A program made the translations under genes and the position numbers. A stretch of 30,193 nucleotides of DNA. Source: Elsinoe ampelina (lineage: Eukaryota). This document shows, piece after piece, positions 9,240-22,401 of this stretch (positions are counted from its first letter, which is position 1; every line of letters begins with the position of its first letter). The stretch is from NCBI GenBank assembly GCA_010093995.1, contig ML992514.1, positions 124,001 to 154,193 of the forward strand. Reading direction: 5' to 3'. The notes beneath the pieces were generated by a model, which was given only the letters and a program-made list of their open reading frames with translations, ran no database searches and was not told the origin of the DNA.

Positions 9240-12200
9240 CTACATCCTCAACCCCTCCTCAACCAGCCTTCCGAGTTCCTCAGCCTGTAACACATTAGCA
9301 CTCATCCACAATCCCCTGACTGGCAAAGTACTCACAAAAGGCGGCTTCATCATACTAAAATGATGCCCTCCCATAACACCACACTTCATATTCTCCTTCC
9401 CACAAAGCTGCGCCCACCCATTATCCCCAAAATCCGTCCTGTGATTCAACAACCACTTCATCGGCGCCGGATCCTCATCCTCCGCCGGCGGGGGTCTCGG
9501 ATCCCCTGGGTTCCCCGCGACACCCTCCTTGCACCAAATCGCGTACGTCTTCACCGGGCGAATGCTCGGCTGCGGCTGGTAGTCGCTCAGACTCTTGATC
9601 GCGGCGGTGAAGTGCGGCAGGAGCCACTTGGGAGTCTTGGTCGGGTCGCCGGTGCCGAGGAGGCCAATTTCGTTGAAGAAGATGTGGAGGCGCGCCGGTA
9701 AAGGATCGAGGTTGACGGGGCAAGGGGAGTCGAGGAGGAGTAGTTTTTCGACCTCTTCGTTGTTGGCGAGGAGGGCTTGGGCGACTGCGTAGGCGATGAC
9801 GCCGCCGGCGGACCAGCCGCCGATGATGTACGGGCCGGTGGGTTGGCGGCGCTTGATTTCCGCGAGGTAGATCATGGCGCAGATCTCGATGCCGCAGTTC
9901 CATTGCTCGGGGGACTTCATAAAGGGGCAATTAAGGCCGAAGGCGGCGACGTCGGGACCGATGTTAGGAATGGAGACGTAGGAGGTGGCGGAACCGGAAC
10001 CGTCGGGAAGGAAGAAGATCTTCTTGGTGGCGATCTTGGGGTTGCCTTGGAGGAGAACCGAGGTGGCAGAAGGGTACTTGCTGATGTCGGCCTTGCGAGA
10101 GGCATTGAGCTTCTCATTGACCTTGTCCAATTGAGGAGAGGATGCGCGACGCTTCGATGTCGCAGGGACTGCTACCGGAGCAGTACGAGCTTTCGGCCGC
10201 ATATCGAGCGCATTCTCAATGTCCTCAATGGTCGGGTTGGTCATGAGGAAAGTCGAAGGGAGATCGATACCAGTATTCTCACGGAGCTCACCGAGGATGG
10301 TCAAAGACATGAGAGAATCCATGCCCATATCAGCCAAGTCAGCCTGATCAGTGATCTCAGCGACTTCGACACCCATCTCAGTAGCCACAATCTGACGAGC
10401 CACGCTGACTTCACCAGAGGTAGCCGCGCCAGCATCAAAGTCGAATTTGCCATTCTCACTGACCGCAGAGCTGGGAACAGTAAACGGCGTGCCAACCTCA
10501 CTCATGGGAGTGGATGCGTCACCAGAAGTCTCCGAATCAGAGTCGGACTCCTCACGGTCAGGGCTTCCGAGCTCACCATCATACTGCGAGAAGAACTTCT
10601 TCATCTCCCCCACAGTCGGAAAGTCAGTGAAGAGCGTGGACGAGATGTCCAAATCGAGCTCTTCACGGAAGCGAGCAGAGATGGTCAACGACATCAATGA
10701 GTCAACGCCGAGATTCTCGAATGCAGCCTGCTCGACGAGCTCGGAGCTATCGACGTCGGTCTCGGTGGCGATGATCTGCATCACTCGAGACACGATAGTC
10801 GGTCCAGCAGGCTTCTTCAGATCGGCCTTCTTGGGCGCAGCCTTCTGCGGCGGTGCAGCGACAGACACCTGTTTAGGTGCCGGCTTCGCAGCCTGCGTCT
10901 GGGTGTCTATGTGAGGAGCCTGCTTCAACGCTGGTCGAGGCGCAGCTACTGGCGCAGAGGCCGGCGTACCAGCCTTCGCGGGTGGCAAGAACGTATTGAG
11001 CACCTTGCGAGGAATCTTCTGGAACTTGAGAGCGCCAACGACAGCGACGATCTCCTCACCGTCAAAGACGTAGACATCACCTTGCGTAACGTTGCCAGGC
11101 TTCTCGACCATACGGACGTAGTTGCGATACTTCTTATCCGCCGACAGCTGCTTTGCGACCTTGATAGACCCCCATCCATGGGAAACTGAGACAAAGTTGT
11201 CGGAATCGCAGAGGTCGGTAGCATTGACGATGAAGCCACCAAGATGAGCCATCGAGTCGCACCAGTAGGCGGGGAAGAAGAAGTCGCCATCCTCCGGCTT
11301 GGTCTGGAACTGTACTGACGCGGAAGCCTCGGTGGTCTTGTTGTCGAGGATAATCTCCTCCATGCCGCGGTACTGCTCGGAGTAATTCACGAAGACCTTG
11401 AAAAGCTTGTACGCGAGACCACGACCAATGACATGTGCCTCTTGGGTCCTGGTCTTGCGCTGCAAGTTTTCGATTTGTGACTTGACCATGAAGCTGATGT
11501 TCTCCCAGCCTTCCTGCCAGGTGCTGATGTCTTCGAACTTGACTGTGCAGTGAGCGTGTTCGACGAGCTGCTTGCCTTCGGGCGTGACACTGCGGAAGAC
11601 AAGCTTGGCTGTGCCGTCTTCGAGATCAGCATGGGCCTCGAGCTGCAGGTGCTGTCCCTCTGCTGGAGCCACAGGCTTGATAATGAATGGCTTTGGCACC
11701 TCCATGTGTGCGACATTGTAGCCGATCTTGGGCGCTGAAGGCCGGAGAGCTCTGTAGATGTAATCGGCGACAGTCATGGCCATATCGAAGTAGAGCGACG
11801 ATGGGCACAGTGCAGTATCATTGACCTGGTGACCCATAGCCACCTTTCGTAGGTTCGGCTGGCAGACGTCGGACTGGATGAGCACCCTTCCGGCATTGGC
11901 AGAAAAGTCCTCTTCAATGATCTTTTGGCAGGAGTCGGAGAGCCGCTTGTAAGTGCGCTCGACCGGGGCAACAATCTCAGCAGGAGCTGCCTCGATTGCC
12001 TTCGTTGGCTGTTGCACTTCGCCCTTGGTGAGCGTCCAGTTGTTGTGGTAGTCGAGCCAGTACTTCTTGTCGTCGAAACTATATGTTGGCAAGTGTAGCA
12101 AGTCCTGAGCATCGTTGAACGAGCGATGGTACTCGTCAAAGTTGATGTAGACACCTGACAAGAAGAGGGTGCAGATTGTGCTAGCCAGTGTCTTCCAGGC

Positions 12201-15200
12201 ATCCTCACCACGGCGAAGAGAAGGACCAACAGCATTGGTCTCCACGGAAGCCTTGACCATGCCCAGGCAGACCGGGTGAGCACCAATCTCCAGCCAAGCG
12301 GTCTTGCCATCGAAGATCTTAGCCTTCTGGCCAGACTCAAGAGCTTGTGAGAAGTTGACGGTCTCACGAGCGTGTTTGGCAAGGTACTCCGGGCCAACAA
12401 TACCGGCCTCGGTGATCGCGTCTCCTGACAACGGTGACAGGACCGGCACAAGCGGCTTCTTGTACGAAACTGAGCTCGCGGCCTTCTTGAAGCCTTCCAA
12501 AATGGGATCGACCTGAGCAGAATGGAATGCAAAAGGAACGTTGAGCTTGGTGGACTTCATGCCTTTCCCAGTGAGTGTCTCGTTGGCAGCAGCGACGACA
12601 TCGGCGCTGCCGCAGAGTACAGTCTCCTCTGGTCCGTTGATGCAGGCAACCTCGATCATCTTGGATCCAAGAGCGGATCGTATGGCATCAGTACTAGCCT
12701 TGACCGCCAACATACCGTGAGTGTTGGGTGTGCAGTCCTTGACAAGGAGCTCAGCACGGCGACCAACAAGGTACACCATGTCGCTGGCAGAGATGACGCC
12801 AGCAACGTGGAGAGCAGCGTACTCGCCCAAGCTGTGACCAATGACGCTAGATGGCGTAACGCCCCAAGATTCCCACATGCGTGCGAGAGCGACCTGGATA
12901 CAAGCCATACCGAGCTGAACCTTGATCGGCGAGAGTGTGGTGACATCTGTGCCATCAAGAAGCTCCAGGAACGAAGGTAGGTCGTGGGACGCAGCCAATT
13001 GGTTCAGCTGATCGATATCGTTCTTGAAGGACGGTAGATCCTGGTACAACTTCTGGCCGAGACCGGTATACTGAGATCCTTGACCAGTGAAGCAGAAAGC
13101 AATCTTGGTTGAGGTGATGGGCACCGGACTGTAAGACTCCTTGATCTGTGCATCGAGCGCCTCGGTGACCTTGGCAATGTCTGTTGCTGGGAAGGCGATG
13201 CGGTAATTGTGCTGAATGCGACGAGCTGTGGTGGTGTAGGACAGACTGCTCAGAGTCGCCTCTGGGGTCTTCGCGAGGTAGCTCTTGAGATTGTCGATGT
13301 TCCTCTTAAGCGACGATATCGATCGTGCGGTGACAGTAATGGGGATTGTGCTTCTCGGGTCCTTTCCACTCGCAAGTTTGTGCACTGGACCATCTTCAAT
13401 CAGCAGCGAAGTATTACCTCCAGCTGCCGAGAAGTTGTTCAGGAAGATTCTGCGTGGACTCTCACCCTTTCTGTGCCAGTCGACCTGTTTCACTGGAATG
13501 TGAACGTTACGCTCTCCAAGGTCCTTTGGGAACGACTTGTTCATCACACCTTTGATGCCAACGTTGGCGGGGATGGCGTTCTTCTTGAACATCATCAAGA
13601 CCTTTGCGAGAGAGTTGATACCTGACGCAGCCTCGCCGTGTCCGACGTTGGCCTTGATTGCACCGAGGTACAACTTCTCTTCAGGAGAGCGTCGGCGGTT
13701 TGGTGGCGCGAACGTGTTGGAGACCGAAGTCATCTCAATGCCATCGCCTGCTTGTGTACCTGTGCCGTGCATTTCAACATAGTCGATCTGATGAGCGTCG
13801 ATCCCGCAGTCGGCGAGCACCTTCTTGAACAAGAATTCTTGAGCTCCGGCGTGAGGATGCGTAATCGAGACAGCCTCCGCAGAATGATTGGTAGCAGCAC
13901 CAAGGATACATCCCAGGATGTTGTCCTTATCGGCGATAGCATCCTCGTAGCGCTTGAGGATGACTGACCCACAGCCGTCACCACGGCAATAGCCATCAGC
14001 GTCGTTGTCGTATGTCTTGCAAGATCCAGTCTTGGACAAGAATTGGCCCTTGGACAAACCAGAGAAAATGTCTGGATTCGTAAGGACGTTCAGGCCGCCT
14101 GCACAAGCAGTATCGCAGTCGCCAGCCCAGAGCGAAGTACAGGCCAATTGAATGGCTGCCAACGATGACGAGCAGGCGGTGTCCACGGAGAACGAGGGAC
14201 CGCTGAACTTGAAGTAGTAGTTGATGCGACCTGGTGCGAAGGCTCGGACACCACCAGTGATGAAATACGTGTCGACGTTCTCAGCGGCGTTGATCTCACG
14301 CCAATCGTCGGATGTCTGACCATAGAAGGTACCGATTCTGTGCAACTTGGTGGAAGGCGTACGATTTGGCACGTAGCCTGACTCTTCGAGCGCTTCATAC
14401 GCTGTGACCAACGCCAGACGTCCCATTGGATCGGTCTGTGCAGCTTCTCGTGGTGACATGTTGAAGAAACGAGGGTCGAAGAGACCGGGCTGATCGATGA
14501 AGCAGCCATAAGGTGTATGCGTCTTGTTCTTGCCCTTGCCAGAGGGGTCGCAATGGGCGTCGGCGTCGAAGCGGTCGGAGGGAATCTTCCGGTGCACATC
14601 GAGTCCCTTCTCGAGCAGCTCCCAGAGGGCGTCTACGCTCGCAGCAGATGGGAATCGTCCTGAAAGACCAACGATGGCAATCTTGTCGTTCTGTGTGCGG
14701 CCTTTGGTGGAGCTGTAATTTTCTGGTGTCTCCCATGATGTGTGGTCTGTTACAGAAACAGTGGCTTGGCCTCCTGCCTTGAGAGCAGAAGCCATGCTGT
14801 TTGCAACATTGCTGACACCGACCGTGAAGATCTTTGCGGGCGTCTTCGGGGTGGCGTTGATCTGAGAGATGCTCTCTTCAAGAAGACGATCCCAGCGGAC
14901 TGGTTCTTGCAGGAAGTCGACAAGCGCCAACGACATGAGATCCGAAGTGTTGTTTGCCACCATACACTCGCCTGTTGCTGAAGAATGAAGAAGTGTGTGG
15001 GGCTGGTACTGCTGGAGTAGTTCCCGTGTAGAGTCCGGGATGATACGCTGAAGATCGCTCTCAGAATGAAGATGTGCTGCGTGGTAAGGCGCATAGATCG
15101 GTATCGAAACACGGTTTTTTGTGCTCAGAGCATCTGATTCTGAGAACAACTTCTGTGTGGTCGATGGCGGACCGCTGATTGTGACAGCCATGGTGCTAAT

Positions 15201-15856
15201 GGCACTGAGGTACGCTCTGCTAGGACCAGAGATGCCAGCTGAGCTGTGGAAAGCGTCCAGAGCCTTCTGAGCATCCTTTTCGGACAAGTTCATTACGATG
15301 GTTGACCATGGCTCCTTCTCCTCGCCAGGCTGCTGCAAGACCCGCTTGGCAGCGTCGACGCATGCACCTGCCCTGAACGCTACTCTCACTGCCTCAACAG
15401 CGAGAGGGACGAGCTCGCTCAATGACTTTGCAGAAACGATAACCGCTGCGGCCAACGACCCTGTGCAGAGACCCAGCACCCGCGTGTTTGCCGCGTGGGG
15501 TAATCTGTCGGGGTTCTCTGAAAAGTATCTGTGGCAGATTAGTATCAATTCACTGGTCACACTCGGTAGACATACGCGATGAAATGGCCAAGCTGAGTGA
15601 GAGCCACAAAGGTGCTCTCCAGAACTGGTAGTCGCTTGGATCCTTCATAGTAGAGGTCTACAAGGGTGTTGAGTTTGAGGAAGTTAGGGATGTCTTGTCG
15701 CTGTCGTGATGGGAGCTTGGCGACTTCGTCTCGAAGTGCAACACTGACTTGCTCGTGGAAGGTAGTGAGCAGGGCATTTTTGCTGCGAAGAACCAGCTTC
15801 CTCAACAGAGGCGACTGATCAGCCGTCTGGTCGCCCAAGAGAAGGACGTTAGACAT
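9240..15856 (-). CDS. PKS1: Non-reducing iterative type I PKS (SAT-KS-AT-PT-ACP-ACP-TE), DHN-melanin/T4HN synthase type, ~2172 aa
   Basis: complement(join(9240..9284,9336..15528,15576..15856)); introns 15529-15575 (GTATGT..ACTAAT..CAG) and 9285-9335 (GTGAGT..GCTAAT..CAG). SAT GDQT and GLCTG; KS DTACSSS, EMHGTGT, NVGHGEAASG; AT GHSLGEY and AFHS; PT GHQVND; two ACPs GVDSL and GMDSL; TE GWSAGG..LLDSP..GHHFSMM. Linked to a Cmr1-type TF and prefoldin. Confidence 0.95.
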
Positions 15857-16111
15857 GATGGAGGAGATCTCCGTTCGGGGATCTGAGCTCCTGTCCGTAT
15901 GTCCGAAAGAAGCAGAATGCGATTGTCAAAAATGTCGGGTGCAGATTCGTAGTGAGAGATCGGAGGGGTCAAAGGGGAAGATATTAGTGACGCTCCGACG
16001 TTGTTGAGAACGTGCAAGAGACAGGTAGCCGAGTCTTGGTTGAAAGGCTCTGAACAGGACAAGCAAATGATTGATATGGTGTGTAAAAGAGTACAGAGGA
16101 TCTCACGCCGG

Positions 16112-16122
16112 ATATATTTATG
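16112..16122 (-). promoter_or_regulatory. TATA-like element of the PKS
   Basis: Minus strand CATAAATATAT ~260 bp upstream of the PKS ATG, followed by a pyrimidine-rich leader. Confidence 0.35.
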
Positions 16123-19100
16123 ACATAGATGAGGTCCACACGACCTACCTGGCATAGACTAGCCTCAATAGGGAGAGGTGTGATCGAACGATCAGCTAGC
16201 GAGCACGCTTGTCCGTTCCGGAGTCCTGGCAGAAGAAGCAACACGGACGTGGGATTGACGTGAGGAATGCCGGCGACAGGATATTTGCTTGTATGACCGC
16301 GAGCCGCTACCGTTGCCTCCCGGTAGTGTGAAATATGGAGAGCATGGCCCATCTTTTCCTGTCTGCGTGTAATTCTGGAGGACGTGCCCGCCGCAGATTG
16401 AGTGGTCGACCGACCCGCAAACGACTCTTTCGGCGTAATCGTGCAGATAGGTGACAGTTCGATAGCATGCGCGCCGCCTGAAACCTGTGTGGGCGTCTCG
16501 GTGCGTGAGGCGTGCAAGGCGTATGAAGTGGAGAGCCGCTTCGGACTTGAGCCTTGCCATGGATTCTTTCGCTCCTGGGCCGATTGGAAGAGAACATTGA
16601 ACTGAATCAGACTTTCGGACCAGATTGCAGTGTTTACTCATGCCATTTGCCCATGTGATGCATCACGCCGTCCAAGTGTCCTCGCTCGTCTGTATAGCCG
16701 GGCCGTGATATTGGCATCTCCACTACGCAGTCCTCTGTCTATGCCCGCAACGAGTGGCCGTCTCGTAGATATCATGATGCTCAGAATAGCATTCAGAGAT
16801 AGATACCGTAGATCATAAAGTCATGATCGTCTTTGAAGGAGAGATGGGTAGCTACCGGTCCAGGATGGAGAGGTCGAATCGGCCATGTTCTGGAAGGAGT
16901 GGGGAGCTCGGACGGCTCGTCAGCGACATGGATACGCAAAAGCCTTCGAGTAATCTATCTTGGAGTTGTTGAATATGGATAACAGAGGTACTGAGGACAG
17001 TCCACTGTGTTGTTGACCCGGATGAAGGACTGAGAGCGAAGCTGTTGAGCGCAGCTGATTGCCAAGCATGAGCCTCCGTAGAGCTTCGACATCAACTCAG
17101 ATCTTTCCTCCTTCAACCACCATCACAGCTACAGTATCATGGCTTGTTGCGATGTATCGTGTCTAACCCAACAGAGGTTGCAACATGAACAGTCACGTCA
17201 ACTCAGATCTCATCCGCAACATGTTTGTCCCCTTGTGTCGATCTGAAGATCGCACTCGCTTATCTCTTCATCTGATCTCATCTGATGTGATAGATGGCGA
17301 ACATGGCAAGGGCACGCAAGGTCTGTCCACGGATTGACCCGCAAGACCCGAAGTCTTGTTGAGTGGGACTGGTGAATACAGATCACTACTGGGTGAAATG
17401 ATGCCGGTCGGCTGCTCTGCACCTGCTCTCGTCAATCTGCTCGCTACATCCCTGCTCATTCAATTTGGACTACGGCCGCTTTCACTACTATGACGGTAGA
17501 GTAGCTCACTCTATGCAGCCGGTAAATAGTGGGCTGGGATGACTGCAGACCTCGCATCATTTCTGCTTACATCTATCCAAGACGACAAGAGGTCAGCCTC
17601 ATCGTTGCATGTCAATTCTGCGATACCACGTTTGGAGCAAGGTAATTTACGTACAGACAGAGACGAGAAGGAGCAAACGCTGGGAATAGCTGGGACATGT
17701 GAAGAAGAGCATGGCTTGTTTCTCACAGCCGGCAGGAGCTCGGACAGATAGATTCCGCGAGATAAGCCGCTGTGGAGTACGCTACATCTTCAATCCTGGG
17801 TGTTCTTGGTTCTTGATGGTTAGACCGAGATGGGAAGCAGATGTGGTGGATTCTGCCACTGCCATGGTATCTCCCGGAGATGCATTGCAGATACGAGAAG
17901 CCATCCATGGCAGGCGTGCCAGCACATGCTCGAGGAGGAGTCGAATTACTATCGGACGTCGAAATCCTGAGGGAATGAAGACGTTCATGTGGCCGTCGAT
18001 CTGCAGAGCAAAAAGCTTGTAATCAAAGAACAGTTCCAGGATATTGGAATGACAAGCCAAAGACTGCAGTCCTTGACTCGAGTGTCTTCAGCATTGACAG
18101 TGCCAGACTACTCGCAAAGTGATCCGACCCTGGCGAGTATCTTCCGGGTTGACGGCCTCGAGGTGCATCATGATCTCATATGCAAGCGTGGTGGGTCGCA
18201 TAAGCGTGCAGCGAGCATACGGGCGACTATTGCTCGGATCTGCATGAGATCGTCAGGGCAGCGGCTCGTTTTCTGCCAGACTATCTTCCATGGCGATTGA
18301 AGGGCCAACCCCTGTGCCCTGGAACGTTGAGGGCCGATCCAATCGCTAGTAAGCTGTTTGTGAGAACTGGACATGGAACAACTTGCGGGAGTGTCTGGTG
18401 GCTGGAATTAGATCGCGGACTACACTTTGCTTGAGTTTCTCCCCGAAGCTTTGTTTAAAGTTGAACCACGATTCACAAACGTGGACTGTCGATCGCTCGT
18501 GGACCATGCTGAGCCGTAGTCATTCCTGGCAGTCGCTTCAAAGGCTTCCGTGTCCAAAGTTCACTGATTTGAGGTCAAGCTTTTGCCCCAATCATGGGGG
18601 CCCCACGATTTGCATGAGCTTATGCTGGGAAGGTATGTGCATTTTCTTGGTCAATGTTCCGCGAGGCCGAACATATTTCGGAATCACAATTGAAAGTCAT
18701 GAAGTCTACTAGGTTCCGAGATCTGGTATACGAAATCACATGACATCACGACGTTGGCGGCACAAGTGGTTGCAACGAGGTGGCAGCGTGGATGCCCACC
18801 TTCTTGTGTCGACGCTCCATTCATCTGTGCCTTTTCTGCCATGAACCATGATGTTAGATGTGGAATGGAGCTGGGCCGCAAGTTACTACGGAGATCGCTT
18901 AGATTCCAAATGCCGTCGTCCAGGGATATCGCTGCAGCGGGATCGTGGCAGCATCCATGTTGAGGGTTCCGCCGCTGCCGTGAAAATAGGACGTGGAGAT
19001 TCAGGAGTGATAGGAAGACATTGAATGATAGATAGTTGGAAACGTCATGACTTGACCCTTCAGGTACTGCCGCGGACCCAAGTACAAGGCTCAAGGTATG

Positions 19101-22100
19101 TCGCACGGTAACGCAAGATCCAATAGTCTACTTTGAGAAGTAGGCGCGTGTGCAGAAAATGACGGCAACCGCTGTGGAAGGAAGTCGTGGACCCTTTCGC
19201 AAGATCTTGAGAGCGTAGGAGCCGTGGTGGCTGAAAATTGTTGAGTTCCATAGATCAGAGAAGCCGGCTCGAACAAAGAGCGACAGACAGCAGAGCCTAT
19301 TCAACGGGCGCACTGACCGCTGGATAGATCCGCCAGGGAACACAGATCTCATTGATGCACCCCTGCGGCTCCACAAGTTCAATCGAGGGCCAGAGATACG
19401 TCGTGAGAACGACGCTATACTTTCACCCCGGCAAGCGCTTCTCGAAGCCAGACGCAAGCATTGAGGTTTGCTGTCAGATGTTTCCGGGGAGGGGCTCGAG
19501 CGTGAGCATGGAGAGCCGAATCTGCATGGTGGACGCCCATGTCAAGGATGTATACTTGTCAAACTGCACAATGGATGCAGACACTGCTGCAGCCCAGGGC
19601 TATGGTATGAAGATGGGAAGCGGCGGTGCCTCCCTGACCAATCATGGGTGTTTCGGGGTGGCGTCTGGACGAGAAGGGAAGACGGTCGTCCCTGTTTGGA
19701 ACGTGCAGAGGCAAAGAAGGACGAGGCAGGCATGGCGCCACGACGGAACATGGCATAAGCTATGCACGAACGTTCTGATCTGACAAGTCGATTTCGGGTC
19801 GTGGACCGAGAGGCGTCGTCACATGTTGAACTTGTGTAAGAAATTGTATCCGGGCAGATTTCCGCTCGTGTTACTTTCGTTACCATGTCAGGGTGGATCT
19901 TGCGAAGTGATCATCGAGGTGCTTCGTTGAATGTCATATGCGGTGAGTGGCTTCTTGTCGTCAGAGAAGCATTTTGCGTTGCTGGCTGGCCACTGGCGTC
20001 CGCACCTTGCAGGAGAATCCCTGTACGACTGCCCAGAATGGGTCGGATCCCCACAGCATGGACTCCTTGTACAGCGTCTGTTTTCGTGATGTCTGGAGAG
20101 GATTGCGGCTCTTTTCGAGAGCCGTCATCTTGGGTGTTTGCGAGTCCCAACCGTCTGGAAACATTGCCCGCCCTGTGTCTATCAGCACGCCCACGCCATC
20201 CGATCGACCGATCTTGTGCATGTGGGGGATTCCTGTGTTGTGGGAAACACGGGGTGAAAATAGGGCCGGTCAATGCAGAAGATCCTGTGGCTGGTGGGGT
20301 GGCGCTCAATCAGACGCGGTCGTTGAATCTCGAGGGGCTTACAGGTTGCTGCAGTAGCTTCGAAATGTAGGGTTCGTTGATGTGATCCACCAATGTGGAC
20401 GAGACGTCCCAATCAAAATGTCTTCACTTGATGGAGATGGCAGAATTGAAGATGCTATGTTCACACTGTTGTGTGGTGCATCCAAGATAGCAGGTCTTGC
20501 GAGGTTACCGTCTGCCGTCAATAAATGGACCTAGATGCATATCATGGTGTCAGCAAGCCACACAGGGTATCCACTGCCAGATGTCTAGCGTAAAGCATTC
20601 TGCCTTACGATCCAGCCAGCCACGAGAAAGTCCCTTGCACAGATACACAAGACCAGCTTGCCAGCTCGACGCGGGGCAGACGCCTTCACTCGATGTGCTC
20701 GCAGCAATCTGTCTGCACCATGCATCTCGTTATCAGCCAGAGCTAGCGGCAGCTGTGTGACCCATGCTTCCGGCATCTTGCATGAAAGAGTGATTGGGTC
20801 CAATCGGAGCTTTGTTGCGGCGTCGTATCGTCGTCAAGATGAAGCGATGAACGGGTGATCTCAAATGCGAGATTGCGCACGACCTTTTCCATTTGCCGTG
20901 CATCGCCCACGACGGAAGGGCTATTGGGGATATTGTGGGTAGGGCTCCATACCGCTGCCGTCTGGTTACGACATGTTTGCCCGACGAAAAACGAAAACCA
21001 AAAGGAGCGGAATCGAACATGCGGAGGTAGATGATCAAGTCGAGACGAGAAAGCGACAGGGGTGAGGTTCAAAAAGATGAGCCATTAGCGCGCCGCTGAG
21101 AGAGCAGTAAACGGCACGCACAGCAGATGGACGGCCAGCAGGCTGCCTACTGCTGACTCGAGCATGGCATTGCCATTCTCTGCAATTGTTCTTGGCTGGG
21201 CTATCATCTTGTATCCTGTGGCCTCCAATTACAGCCTATTTCGAATGACGGGATGCATCACGACGTCAAGACCTTGTGCAAAGGTAAACATGATCCATGC
21301 CCTCAACCAAGCGATTTCTCAGGAACCAGCAGGGCCCGCTAGGACGGGAAAGCGCGGGGACTTTAGGCAACGGAAGCCATTCGTTCGGTGAAGCAGGACC
21401 ACTCAAGCCGAACCAGAACTTCGAAGGTGGTCTCAAAGAGCCTCACCTCCCAGATTTGTAGCCAAGCTCGTTGACCGCCTTCGCGCCAGAGACTCGAGTG
21501 TCCAGCGAACACCTCCTTGTGCAGATCACCCTCAAGCTCCTCTTGCTGCTTTCGGCGCCGTCATACCATATTCAATCTTTCCGCCGTCTTGTCAACCGAT
21601 CGCATCTGGCAAGGCATGTCCGTCTCTTGCTTCGCGTGGTTTTCAGATCTCCTCCCGTCCCTCGATGGAGTCTTTCCAGCAGGATAAGCGGCCTGACTGC
21701 TTACCCGATATGTTGGCGAGACGTACTGTCTGACTACGACGACGTAAGACCGCAGCTGTACACTGTACACGAAGCAGGACCTCGCTTGCGCTGCCCTTCT
21801 TGGTCAGTCATCCTTCGATATGGCAAGACATGGCGTGCCTAGAGCCCTGCCGCACAATTCCAGAGCCACATGCATGGGAATAGATTGATCCTCGCCACCA
21901 TTCGCCCACCTGCATGCTGCACGATATTCCCTGACGCTCGGTCCAAGCCCTCCCCGATCCTCTACCACCCACACTTGCTACACGTCACGCCCCTCCAAGG
22001 TTTTGGCACTGTTTCCGTAGCCCGTCTGTTCGGCATCGGCTCAAAGTCAAAGCTCGTCCAAGTGTCAGACCGCTCAAACGGTATCATGCACCTAGTCGAT

Positions 22101-22401
22101 CTACCTCTGGCGCTAGGACGATCTGCCCCATACGACAATCTTGCATATTGAAGCACTTGCGAGAGAAAATGCTCCGAGAACATAATAACACCTGCACAGC
22201 ACCTTCCAAGTACTCTTCCTCGGCATTGAACCTTTCTCTATCAGACCCTTTCGTTTCAACACTGTTCTAACTATACACCCCGAGTCTCTTTCGTTCAACA
22301 ATCCCTCACTTCGATTCTTCACCTTGCTACCCTGTCTCCCTCTACCCTGCTTTGATCACTGTTTGCTTCACTGCAAGAACAGGTCACTGTACGTCGCCAG
22401 C

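Noticed and set aside
9777..10700. 307-aa plus-strand ORF and other ORFs overlapping the PKS
   Set aside because: Antisense or alternate-frame shadows of GC3-rich PKS coding sequence.
15984..22183. Many 60-177 aa ORFs between PKS and CMR1, including a possible oxidoreductase gene
   Set aside because: Overlapping on both strands, Arg/Ser/Cys-rich random composition, no domain motifs or coherent exon chain. A small gene cannot be fully excluded without RNA data.
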